Source of the DNA: a virus
IMG/VR virus record: IMGVR_UViG_3300016667_000367
Coordinates: 1 to 64,000 of that record
Direction: 5' to 3' (one strand)
Length of the DNA stretch: 64,000 nucleotides
Both the position numbers and the translations under genes were made by a program. Below are positions 8,548 through 16,552 of this stretch, piece by piece. The notes under the pieces are model-generated. The model saw only the letters and a list, made by a program, of their open reading frames with translations, was not told where the DNA came from and searched no databases. How positions within the stretch are numbered: the first letter of the stretch is position 1; every line of letters starts with the position of its first letter.

Positions 8548-9264
8548 ATGAAAGCACTAAACCAAAATATCAACAAGTACAAGAACTTCACTAGGATCAA
8601 TCTATCGGATGATGATGATGAAGATAAGGAACTTCAGCATATTCATCTACCTATGTATGAAAGTACTGCTACATCACGCTGCATTAAGATTTACCTTGAT
8701 GAAAATATCAAGCAACCTTCTTACTACAGGAATATGGTTCATGCTCTTGATAATCTTACCGAAGATGACATGATGCATATCAGCATCAATAGTTATGGTG
8801 GTCAACTTGATAGTGCTATTGCTATTATTGGTGCTATGCAACGAACTGACGCTCATGTTCACTGCAGTATTGATGGTATGGCTGCTAGTGCTGCTTCACT
8901 GATTGCTCTAGCATCTCCTTCACTAAGTATTGCTCCTATGGCTAGTATGATGATTCATGCTGCTACATTTGGAACCTTCGGTACTCAGAGTTCTGTTGTA
9001 TCTCATGCTTCATTCATTGATAAAAAGGTGAAAGATATCATGCAAGAAATCTACAAGGACTTTCTGAGCCAGAAGGAACTTGATGAGGTATTCATGGGTG
9101 CTGAGATTTGGCTATCATCCGATCAAATCTTTGAACGCCTTGAGAAACGCTCCGAGATTCAGGAGAAGCGATACCAGAAGGAACAACGAGAAATTGCTAA
9201 GGCTATGAAGGTTCCTCGGAGTAAGGTTAAGAAGGTGGATGAAGAGGTTTATGATATCTCTTAA
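8548..9264 (+). CDS. ClpP-family serine protease-like protein (S14 fold; GMAASAAS Ser and MMIHAA His)
   Basis: ISINSYGGQLDSAIAIIGAMQ...IDGMAASAASLIALAS...MMIHAA resembles ClpP / ClpP-like prohead proteases. Confidence 0.55.
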   Translation: MKALNQNINKYKNFTRINLSDDDDEDKELQHIHLPMYESTATSRCIKIYLDENIKQPSYYRNMVHALDNLTEDDMMHISINSYGGQLDSAIAIIGAMQRTDAHVHCSIDGMAASAASLIALASPSLSIAPMASMMIHAATFGTFGTQSSVVSHASFIDKKVKDIMQEIYKDFLSQKELDEVFMGAEIWLSSDQIFERLEKRSEIQEKRYQKEQREIAKAMKVPRSKVKKVDEEVYDIS

Positions 9265-9330
9265 AATTTATATTTAACGCTGCTTGAATTATCAGTTTCT
9301 ATCGCTAAATTTGCTATTAAAATATCACTA

Positions 9331-9368
9331 GAACCCCTTGGGAGTAATCCCTTGGGGTTTTTCTTTTG
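9331..9368 (+). terminator. rho-independent terminator ending the plus-strand early block
   Basis: ccccttgggagtaatcccttgggg followed by tttttctttt. Confidence 0.45.
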
Positions 9369-9652
9369 TTCTGATTTAACAGCAAAATATGCGATAAATT
9401 CATGCTTACTGCCGCTTTATTCATGCATCTCTTTCTCAAATATCAATTTGAGTTAAGTTTTGATGTCTTCTTGATACCTTTATGATCCAGCAGGATTTGT
9501 TAGTTGTTTGTTAGGTACTTGCTGGGATTGTGAAATTGCTGCAGGATGGAATGTGGGTTTAATCAACCGACCCTACCACCCCATCAATTTTGCTGATTTT
9601 TCTAAAATATCATGGCGCCGGATCGCATAGGACATGCAGCAGGATCGCGCAT

Positions 9653-9684
9653 CTAGTTCCGATAATTCACATTTTCGGAACTAG
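9653..9684. other. perfect 10-bp-stem hairpin (ctagttccga-N12-tcggaactag) inside a GC-rich ORF-free segment
   Basis: read directly. Confidence 0.4.
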
Positions 9685-10004
9685 GGTTTATCCTGCACCA
9701 GGGATTATCGCCGGGCATGCTTCGGGGTTTTCTGGTGGATACCCTATAGGCCCAGCAAGGCGCATAGAACGGCTTCAGGCGGGTTTTCTTGTGCAAGCCT
9801 AGGCTACCCTACTATGCGACATGGAAAATTGATTCTAGGCGCTTTTGGTGCATTCTAGCATCATCCACATTTTACGCGGTGCATGGTGGATGCTTAAAAG
9901 TAAACCCATGAGTAAATTCAAGATCCCCGCCGTACTCGCCAGCACCCCAAAAGATAAACCAAAGTACAAATGAGAATGACTCGCATTTCACCCTTCAGGC
10001 AAAA

Positions 10005-10033
10005 GAAAAACCCCAGGGATAAGCCACGGGGTT
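10005..10033. terminator. bidirectional terminator-like hairpin aaaaacccc-N13-ggggttt
   Basis: read directly. Confidence 0.35.
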
Positions 10034-10168
10034 TCATTGCTCAATCAATCTCTTTGCTTAATCCAATGAATCACGCAAGCTAGCCCGTAACATACGCCAG
10101 CACAAGCCCAGCAATACAGAAGAAAACCAGAGTACAGTTTAACTAGGGAAAACAGAAGCGGCACGTTA

Positions 10169-10414
10169 TTAGCTCCAATCCAGCAGGTTTTTATATGCTG
10201 GACTCATTGTCCCGTTGGTATATGCGGCATATGAGTGCCAGTTCCCATGATCCGGAAAATCCTCTATTTCATAGCCAATGTATCCGGCGCGTTCATTAAT
10301 TACGACAATTTCATGCGCTTTTTTAAACGCTCTTTTCCAATCTAATTTGTCTCCTGATTGATAGTAAAAAACCCTGATTTGTTTCCCATTGTAAAAGACT
10401 GCAAAACATCCCAT
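10169..10414 (-). CDS. hypothetical protein (81 aa) in GC-rich island
   Basis: ORF track; last gene of the island operon. Confidence 0.5.
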   Translation of the reverse strand: MGCFAVFYNGKQIRVFYYQSGDKLDWKRAFKKAHEIVVINERAGYIGYEIEDFPDHGNWHSYAAYTNGTMSPAYKNLLDWS

Positions 10415-10419
10415 TTTAA

Positions 10420-11181
10420 TTACCCCTTAAAGTTAGACTTAGCTGAACCATGCGATACAATTGCAATGGATTTTGCTTTGATACTGGAGCCGCTGCAAAG
10501 CTTGCAAGCCTCGCAGGTTACACGGCGCCCGGCCTCCTCACTAGCTGGGCATAGGATTTCGTTTTTCAACACGGAGCTTGCCCCCTTGTCCTTCCATTCT
10601 TGCACTGGGATAACCCGAAAAGTCCGGTAGCCGTTATTGTGCAGGGTTTGCGCCTGCCTTGCATTATCTGCACTAATCATAAGCTTTGCGGTGTCAATAC
10701 CCGGATATTCCCCTAACTGGTGCGTGTATCCGGTATGTCCCAAAGCTTCGGACAATAAAGCCTCGAATCTTGCACTATAAATAGCCGCCGGGTCGCCATA
10801 GGTGCCGAGGCGAATCATACGCCCCCTGCCGATTTCACGCGCCTGGTCATCGGTCAGGATTGGATATTTGCCCGCCAGGAATGCCCTATAAACTGCGCCG
10901 GCTCCCTGGCCAATGGTGACATAACACGATCGACCATCCGCTAACCCTTTTGTCTTTTCGGGGTTTGCCTTGCCGCGATGCACGCAACGACCACAGATTG
11001 AATAATCCCGGTCTGTCCGATTAGCCGTTATAGGGTCCATGTCAGCCCGCAGGATGTAGGTTTGAACCATGTTCCCGGTCTTGCTGTTAGTGCTTTTGGC
11101 GATTGCGATGACGACAATAGGCGCTCCATCAATACGCGACGGACCCTGATACAGGATGCCGGATTGGATTTTCTTTTTCAT
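10420..11181 (-). CDS. Cys-rich hypothetical protein (253 aa; CGRC ... CEACKLC)
   Basis: ORF track; GC about 52% versus about 38% in flanks; preceded by the conserved leader motif. Confidence 0.55.
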   Translation of the reverse strand: MKKKIQSGILYQGPSRIDGAPIVVIAIAKSTNSKTGNMVQTYILRADMDPITANRTDRDYSICGRCVHRGKANPEKTKGLADGRSCYVTIGQGAGAVYRAFLAGKYPILTDDQAREIGRGRMIRLGTYGDPAAIYSARFEALLSEALGHTGYTHQLGEYPGIDTAKLMISADNARQAQTLHNNGYRTFRVIPVQEWKDKGASSVLKNEILCPASEEAGRRVTCEACKLCSGSSIKAKSIAIVSHGSAKSNFKG

Positions 11182-11190
11182 AATTTACCT

Positions 11191-11220
11191 TTTGGTTTTG
11201 CTGGGCAATATCGCCCCCAA
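11191..11220 (-). promoter_or_regulatory. conserved leader element copy A (GGGGGCGATATTGCCC stem-loop plus AAAACCAAAAGG RBS) just 5' of the ATG
   Basis: aligns with copies at 11624..11652 and 12033..12056. Confidence 0.4.
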
Positions 11221-11261
11221 ATGACCCTATTTAGTAAGATCATTTGAGAGAATACTACATA

Positions 11262-11612
11262 TTAGAATTCCTGATAAACAAAGACATTGGCGCCCTGTTT
11301 ATTAATGTACTCACCTATTATCACTGTATTCTCTTCGAGAAAATCCCTTGCGATATCTGCCAAGTCATCATTTGAATAATCCGATGAATCCTGCAATTTG
11401 TATTGCACAAAGATATCCGCGCAATCATTTTCCACGTAATTGCAGCAATACCCTACGACGTCCAACTCTTCATTGTTTCCTGTCTCTTCGCTCAGGTTTT
11501 CGAGGTAATCAAAAATGATCCTCTGAGCCTTTTTAGAGAAATGATCCGCACGACCCATGTCTTGAAATGCTCGGGCGAACTCATAAAATCCGATAGTTTG
11601 AACGATTGCCAT
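11262..11612 (-). CDS. highly acidic 116-aa protein, candidate DNA-mimic / antirestriction protein (Ocr/ArdA-like; assignment tentative)
   Basis: D/E-rich translation (e.g. DLADIARDFLEENTVIIGEY); GC-rich island context. Confidence 0.5.
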   Translation of the reverse strand: MAIVQTIGFYEFARAFQDMGRADHFSKKAQRIIFDYLENLSEETGNNEELDVVGYCCNYVENDCADIFVQYKLQDSSDYSNDDLADIARDFLEENTVIIGEYINKQGANVFVYQEF

Positions 11613-11623
11613 AATTTCACCTT

Positions 11624-11652
11624 TTGGTTTATCGGGCAGGATTGCCCCCTAT
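11624..11652 (-). promoter_or_regulatory. conserved leader element copy B (GGGGGCAATCCTGCCC stem-loop plus RBS)
   Basis: read directly. Confidence 0.4.
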
Positions 11653-11693
11653 ATGGCACTATTTTCTAATGCCATATAAGAAAATCCTATTTA

Positions 11694-11927
11694 TTATTTG
11701 CTGCCGTACAGTTTTGCGAAATCTCGGATATGTCTATTATTTTCAAAGTCAATCTGTTTTCCAAACCTCCCATTCTGCCAGCGAATCGCAATCGTCCCTG
11801 CTTTTGTGATTCCAAGAAACTGTCCCCGAGACCCAGTTTTACGGCAAGTCAACCATTGCCCAACCTGCAGATCGTACCGCTGCAGATTGCCCAGATCGAT
11901 TTTGATCGTTGCAATATAACGCGCCAT
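11694..11927 (-). CDS. hypothetical protein (77 aa)
   Basis: ORF track; RBS AAGGGGGTGAA before ATG. Confidence 0.5.
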   Translation of the reverse strand: MARYIATIKIDLGNLQRYDLQVGQWLTCRKTGSRGQFLGITKAGTIAIRWQNGRFGKQIDFENNRHIRDFAKLYGSK

Positions 11928-11938
11928 GGTTCACCCCC

Positions 11939-12022
11939 TTATGCGAAAGAAAAAGCCAAGATAAGGCCGAAGACTGCGCCCATGATGGCTGCGCAAAGAT
12001 AGTCAAATGCTGTAGGTTTCAT
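11939..12022 (-). CDS. 27-aa hydrophobic peptide MKPTAFDYLCAAIMGAVFGLILAFSFA (single TM helix)
   Basis: hand-translated; its own copy of the leader motif upstream; stop 1 nt before the next gene's RBS. Confidence 0.35.
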   Translation of the reverse strand: MKPTAFDYLCAAIMGAVFGLILAFSFA

Positions 12023-12032
12023 TGTTTCGCCT

Positions 12033-12056
12033 TTGATTTATCGGGAATATTCCCGG
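12033..12056 (-). promoter_or_regulatory. conserved leader element copy C (CCGGGAATATTCCCG stem-loop plus RBS)
   Basis: read directly. Confidence 0.35.
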
Positions 12057-12651
12057 ACAATCGCCTATTTTTCTAAGCGATTCTCAGAGAATCCTGAGCT
12101 GGTCTCAGGCCAGCGCTTATGCGCCGGGTTTGTGTTGGTGAAAATCAAGTCTTTAGATTTTTAACGATCCACCCCGTACTAGGGGCGATACCCTAGGGGC
12201 TGGGGCTTGCTGCTGTTCGCTGCTGCCTTGGACTCAATTATGCACTAGTTCGATGCCTTGTCTCGGTTTCTCTTAACTATTTTGATTGAAATTTACTATC
12301 GATGCCATAGGTTTTCCCTATCTGTTGGAGCGTCGATTTATACATATGACGCGCCCGCGATATAGCATAAAAAGAAAAACCTAGTAAATCGAAGGGTTAT
12401 TATATAAACCTAAGTCTAAACGAGAATCATTCTCATTTAGCTTTTCTGCAATCCTCCATATCAACCTCTTTACTGAAAACCACCATCAGCAATAAACGCT
12501 ACCTTGAAAAACTCCGAGGGGTCGTGAGTTTTTTAAGAAATTTTAACTTCAACCCCTAGCGGATTTTTGATTTCAATTTGGATTTCCATATTCAGGAAAT
12601 TTCAAATGCTCATGAGTTTTTGAAGATGAAAATTAAATGAGAAAAATAAAA

Positions 12652-12692
12652 ACCACCGAGGATAATCCAAGGTGGTCTTCTTTTTATTTATT
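12652..12692. terminator. bidirectional rho-independent terminator between island and early minus block
   Basis: accaccgagg-ataatcc-aaggtggt flanked by A-run and T-run. Confidence 0.45.
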
Positions 12693-12703
12693 CATCTTTT
12701 TAT

Positions 12704-13027
12704 TTAATCTTCACCATACATATCTTCATCATCCTTGTCTTCCTTCTTCCTGAAAGGTCTTACGGAATGCAATGGACAAACCTCAACCCTGCAATCACTG
12801 ATATCCTCCTTACTGAAGTTACAGCAAGTCAAGCACTTAGCCTTGATGGCTTTACTCAAGCTCTTACCTACAAAGGCATCAGCGATAAGCCTCTTGAGTT
12901 TATCAGGGGAGTACTCAACATAAGCCCTTTGCTTATCAGTAATGCTATCAAGAGCAGTGTTAAGTTTTGCTAATGAAATTTCCTTGTTTTTTGACCTATC
13001 GAGGTTCAGTAAGGGGTTGATAGCCAT
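12704..13027 (-). CDS. hypothetical protein with C-terminal Cys cluster (107 aa)
   Basis: ORF track. Confidence 0.5.
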   Translation of the reverse strand: MAINPLLNLDRSKNKEISLAKLNTALDSITDKQRAYVEYSPDKLKRLIADAFVGKSLSKAIKAKCLTCCNFSKEDISDCRVEVCPLHSVRPFRKKEDKDDEDMYGED

Positions 13028-13116
13028 CTCTTTAGTTCCTTCATTTACGTAATACGGAAGATGCTAGTAAAAATGCTGCTGAGGATTTTACAGCAGCATC
13101 TTAACTTGTTTTCTTC

Positions 13117-13317
13117 CTAGCCTCTACGAATCTCGAAAAGACCTGCATTACTCCTCAATTCATTACCATTCTCTCCAGTAAACAGTGTGTCATTCTCTTC
13201 AATCCAGTACTTAGCCTGAGCAATGCTTGAGAACTTGTTAGCTACCTTACCGGAGCTTTTGAAGACTACGTTGTACATCATACGTTGCTTGACGGTGTTG
13301 CCTTGGTTGTTTTTCAT
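13117..13317 (-). CDS. hypothetical protein (66 aa)
   Basis: ORF track. Confidence 0.45.
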   Translation of the reverse strand: MKNNQGNTVKQRMMYNVVFKSSGKVANKFSSIAQAKYWIEENDTLFTGENGNELRSNAGLFEIRRG

Positions 13318-13356
13318 GATTGCTTTCTGTTTAGTTGAATTAACTGACTTATCTTA

Positions 13357-13557
13357 TTATCTCTGATAATTAACAGGACGTTCGTACTTACCTTGCTCGT
13401 TTCGGTAGATACTAATTAACATTCCGTACTTACTTCCATCATCCCAAGTCCAGCTACGGGTTTCTCCGTAGTTGATAGGATGATAATGAATCTCCCACGC
13501 ATCAAGAAGATTCTCTGATTTCAGAGCTTCGTTAAGAGTGTCAAGCCAGTTCTTCAT
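13357..13557 (-). CDS. hypothetical protein (66 aa)
   Basis: ORF track; preceded by 28-bp promoter-like motif. Confidence 0.45.
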   Translation of the reverse strand: MKNWLDTLNEALKSENLLDAWEIHYHPINYGETRSWTWDDGSKYGMLISIYRNEQGKYERPVNYQR

Positions 13558-13576
13558 GTTTACATCTCGTTGCTAT

Positions 13577-13604
13577 GACTTAAGTATATCAGAAATCCTT
13601 AAGT
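13577..13604 (-). promoter_or_regulatory. copy 1 of recurring intergenic motif (mRNA sense CTTAAGGATTTCTGATATACTTAAGTCA; extended -10 TGnTATACT between palindromic CTTAAG arms)
   Basis: four near-identical copies at 13577, 14069, 17230, 17718, each just upstream of a minus-strand start. Confidence 0.4.
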
Positions 13605-13617
13605 AAAAACCACCTTG

Positions 13618-13851
13618 CTAGTACTTTACTTGCTGGACTTGAGGATTCTTGTAACCTATCTCAAGCAGATGCTTCTCAGCGTACTTCCTGACCTTGTTCT
13701 GCTGTCTAGTGGTTAGCATGAAGTAGAACTCACTAGTACTACGCCTAGAACCCGTAGGAGTCTCATAGGTTAGTACTACCTCATAGCAATGCACAAAGCC
13801 ACCTGAAGGAGATCCGTAGGAGATTTTCATCATTACTCTCCTTGATTGCAA
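13618..13851 (-). CDS. hypothetical protein (77 aa)
   Basis: ORF track. Confidence 0.45.
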   Translation of the reverse strand: MQSRRVMMKISYGSPSGGFVHCYEVVLTYETPTGSRRSTSEFYFMLTTRQQNKVRKYAEKHLLEIGYKNPQVQQVKY

Positions 13852-14048
13852 GTAAACACCATACCTTCTTTACTCTCAAGATTGAAGATCTTACCAGCCT
13901 TACCACGGCGACCTTCAGGCTTCTGCTCAGTACCAGCTACCTCGATGATACCGTAGCGATGCAAGATGGTGAAAGCTACAGCATCCATTAGGGTTCCGTT
14001 AAGAGTGACTTGCTTTGCCATGAGTTGAGCTACAGTACCGATCAGCAT
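13833..14048 (-). CDS. hypothetical protein (71 aa)
   Basis: ORF track. Confidence 0.45.
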   Translation of the reverse strand: MLIGTVAQLMAKQVTLNGTLMDAVAFTILHRYGIIEVAGTEQKPEGRRGKAGKIFNLESKEGMVFTCNQGE

Positions 14049-14068
14049 CTTAGTTCCTTGGTTTGCTA

Positions 14069-14095
14069 TGACTTAAGTATAACATAGTTCTTAAC
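14069..14095 (-). promoter_or_regulatory. copy 2 of the recurring 28-bp motif (variant)
   Basis: tgacttaagtataacatagttcttaac. Confidence 0.35.
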
Positions 14096-14138
14096 AGAAA
14101 ACAGAAACCACCCAAGATTTCTCAAGGGTGGTCCATGC

Positions 14139-14273
14139 TTACTTCTCAAACCTAGGTAGCATAGGATCGATGCTATCCTTCATACCGATAAAAGCCTTGC
14201 AGATGAAGTAATGCATTTCAATCAAAGCAGTGATAGCAACAAGAGGTGCAATCAGGATATTCTTCAGCTTCAT
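14139..14273 (-). CDS. small hydrophobic protein (44 aa; MKLKNILIAP...), paralog of 16391..16552
   Basis: hand-translated; shared NILIAP..I..YY/HYFIC.KF motif. Confidence 0.4.
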   Translation of the reverse strand: MKLKNILIAPLVAITALIEMHYFICKAFIGMKDSIDPMLPRFEK

Positions 14274-14306
14274 TTCCCAGCTTTCTTTTCAATGCGTTCA
14301 AGTTTA

Positions 14307-14483
14307 TTAGCAGCGGATAGAGAACCCTACGTTGTCCAGCAGTACTCCGTTGATCTGGAGTTGTTGAGACATTAACTCCGATGCAGTACCGACGTAGGAG
14401 GTGGTGTTAGGAGTAAGGAGTTCGCTAGCAGTACCTGTGTAAGTAGTCATGTTAGAAATACCCATGTTGAAATTCAGAGCCAT
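14307..14483 (-). CDS. small protein (58 aa; MALNFNMGISNMTTYTGTASELL...); out-of-frame tail ANKLERIEKKA matches C-terminus of 16552..16776
   Basis: hand-translated codon by codon. Confidence 0.35.
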   Translation of the reverse strand: MALNFNMGISNMTTYTGTASELLTPNTTSYVGTASELMSQQLQINGVLLDNVGFSIRC

Positions 14484-14624
14484 CTGTTTTTAATCTATTT
14501 ACGTGACTGATGTAATCTTCGTACTCGTTTTCAGAATACTTAACAACATCGATGACTTTGTTGTGGTGATTAAAGAAGATTATGTAGTAAGCCATGTTGT
14601 GTTACCAGTCCGTGTTTCGTTAAC

Positions 14625-15005
14625 TTATTCTACACCAAGATTCTCTAGCTCAGCTATGCTTTGCTTAATTTTATTCAAGTCCTTACCTTGCGCTGCTTGC
14701 TGGAGGTTTACCCAAGCACTACCTAGCTTTTGCTGCCTGTACTGCTCGGCATCTCGCTTCAGCTTATCACCAAGAGTCTCTACAAAACTCCTACTGTCAT
14801 AGCTCACTCCTAGCTCTTTCTTGGTCTTAACGCTGAAGCTACGCTGTACTCCGTCTTCTCGTTCTAGCACTAGCTTTACCTTGTCTAGTTTGATGACCTT
14901 GTAGACACCTTCGCTGGAAGTACTCCAACTACCGTTACGTGCTACAGAGACTTCTTGACCGATGCTGAGGTTTGAGTAATCGATGATCATTGGTTTACCT
15001 ATCAT
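14625..15005 (-). CDS. hypothetical protein (126 aa)
   Basis: ORF track. Confidence 0.5.
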   Translation of the reverse strand: MIGKPMIIDYSNLSIGQEVSVARNGSWSTSSEGVYKVIKLDKVKLVLEREDGVQRSFSVKTKKELGVSYDSRSFVETLGDKLKRDAEQYRQQKLGSAWVNLQQAAQGKDLNKIKQSIAELENLGVE

Positions 15006-15346
15006 TTTGAAGTAAAAGCTGCGTACAGAACACGGAGGATACTAAACAAAAGACCTGTCAGCATTGTCTGAGCAGGGAAGTTAGTGAAAACAGTCAGAAC
15101 TACGGCTACTACAAATGACGCAAGAAAACAAATAGCAATCTTTAGTGAAGTGCTAGAGCCAGATGCAATGTAGATATTACTAGCTACTTCAGAGAATTTG
15201 TCGGTTAGTTTAGACATTGTTGTGTTCCTTAGAACTTGTTGCGTTATAGCTAGTATAAGCGAGGAAACCAAGGTTCTACAAGGACTACAGTTAATAAAAT
15301 CTATGAAGAACCGAGGAACGATAGTAGTTCTTGTAGCCAGAAACAA
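15002..15346 (-). CDS. hypothetical membrane protein (114 aa, several TM segments)
   Basis: ORF track; hydrophobic stretches. Confidence 0.5.
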   Translation of the reverse strand: MFLATRTTIVPRFFIDFINCSPCRTLVSSLILAITQQVLRNTTMSKLTDKFSEVASNIYIASGSSTSLKIAICFLASFVVAVVLTVFTNFPAQTMLTGLLFSILRVLYAAFTSK

Positions 15347-15383
15347 AAAACCTCCCTAGCTTTCACCAGAGAGGTCTTGAGTC

Positions 15384-16196
15384 TTATTTACCTAGGTTCC
15401 CAAGCATCGTGATATTGCTAGGTACAACAATAGTATTCACCTTACCTTGCTTGATACCTTCAGAGATGTTCAGTGCAGCCTGAGCCTGCATATAAGCAAT
15501 ACTCTGAGTGCTGTTAGCAGCCAGAGCAGCCATACGCTCTGATTCTTTCTTAGCAATTAGGACCTCATTCTCCTTGATCTTCAGTTCGTTCTGTGATCGA
15601 ACATAATCAGTAGCTGACTTCAGAATCTCTGCATTAGGTTTTACGTTAGTAATCTGTACTACTGTCAGAGAAATACTAGTATCTAGTTTTTCTTCCTTTA
15701 GTTGTTCAGCAACGTAGTTCTGAATCTCTTGCTCTAGTTTAGCTCGGTTATCAGCTACTTCTAGTGCGTTGTAAACCCGTACTGCTTTGTAAGCAGAGTT
15801 GTTGACCAAGGTCTGCATGTATTTGTGCATCAGCAGTACGTTCTTATCCTCGTCTACAGTATGGAAGCTCTTTGACTTAGTGCTGTAGAGTTCTGCAACC
15901 GAACTAGGGTTAATCCCGTAGACTACTGTAATGTCGAAATCAGCTAGTGCTGAGTTATCTTTTGTCATTGGAGTTTTGTTCTCTAGGTTAACTGCAATGT
16001 CTTTCACAGGAAACTCCAGAACAGAACCTACGATGGTCTGGTTCCAAGAGCCCGGCATCAGTTCATTACCCTCGATTTGCTTTGAAGCATTAAGACGTAC
16101 ACCTACTTCTCCGGTTTCAATCCGAGTACAACCACTAGCTAGTAGCGAAGCTACAACGATAGCAGAGACAGTAATGGACTTCTTGATGTTTAGCAT
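15384..16196 (-). CDS. lipoprotein with SPFH (band-7/stomatin/HflKC-like) domain
   Basis: signal peptide plus lipobox LLASGC; long coiled region EILKSATDYVRSQNELKIKENEVLIAKKESERMAALAA typical of SPFH. Confidence 0.5.
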   Translation of the reverse strand: MLNIKKSITVSAIVVASLLASGCTRIETGEVGVRLNASKQIEGNELMPGSWNQTIVGSVLEFPVKDIAVNLENKTPMTKDNSALADFDITVVYGINPSSVAELYSTKSKSFHTVDEDKNVLLMHKYMQTLVNNSAYKAVRVYNALEVADNRAKLEQEIQNYVAEQLKEEKLDTSISLTVVQITNVKPNAEILKSATDYVRSQNELKIKENEVLIAKKESERMAALAANSTQSIAYMQAQAALNISEGIKQGKVNTIVVPSNITMLGNLGK

Positions 16197-16210
16197 TTGA
16201 TTTCCTTTAG

Positions 16211-16387
16211 TTAGAACAGAAACGTGATTACAGACAGAATACCTACAGCAATAGCTGCATACAGAGAAGACTTAGCAAACAGCTTGAAAGCCTGTAACTT
16301 TTCTTGCTTTGACATTGTGCTTAAGATACTTGATCCAGCAGCAATAACAAAAGTAAGAACAATAAAGACTAAGATCATTAGTAGCAT
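16211..16387 (-). CDS. small membrane protein (58 aa, two TM segments)
   Basis: hand-translated MLLMILVFIVLTFVIAAGSS... Confidence 0.4.
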   Translation of the reverse strand: MLLMILVFIVLTFVIAAGSSILSTMSKQEKLQAFKLFAKSSLYAAIAVGILSVITFLF

Positions 16388-16390
16388 GGT

Positions 16391-16552
16391 TTACTTCTTC
16401 ACAGCTTCAAACTCAGGAAGCATATACTTGTGGTTATCTGTAAGTACTACAAACTTCTCACAGATGTAGTAGTTAATCATTACAGGTACTCGGATTAGCA
16501 GCACTGCAGGAGCAATCAGGATGTTGCGGATAACGGTCTTGATGTTTTTCAT
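16391..16552 (-). CDS. small protein (53 aa; MKNIKTVIRNILIAPAVLL...), paralog of 14139..14273
   Basis: hand-translated. Confidence 0.4.
   Translation of the reverse strand: MKNIKTVIRNILIAPAVLLIRVPVMINYYICEKFVVLTDNHKYMLPEFEAVKK

Noticed and set aside
9590-9802. 70-aa plus-strand ORF in the GC-rich ORF-free segment
   Set aside because: Pro/Gly/Arg-rich translation typical of a random frame in GC-rich DNA; no RBS; region better explained as noncoding or decayed.
11730-12002. 90-aa plus-strand ORF across the island
   Set aside because: Antisense to two well-supported minus-strand genes with RBSs; low-complexity translation.
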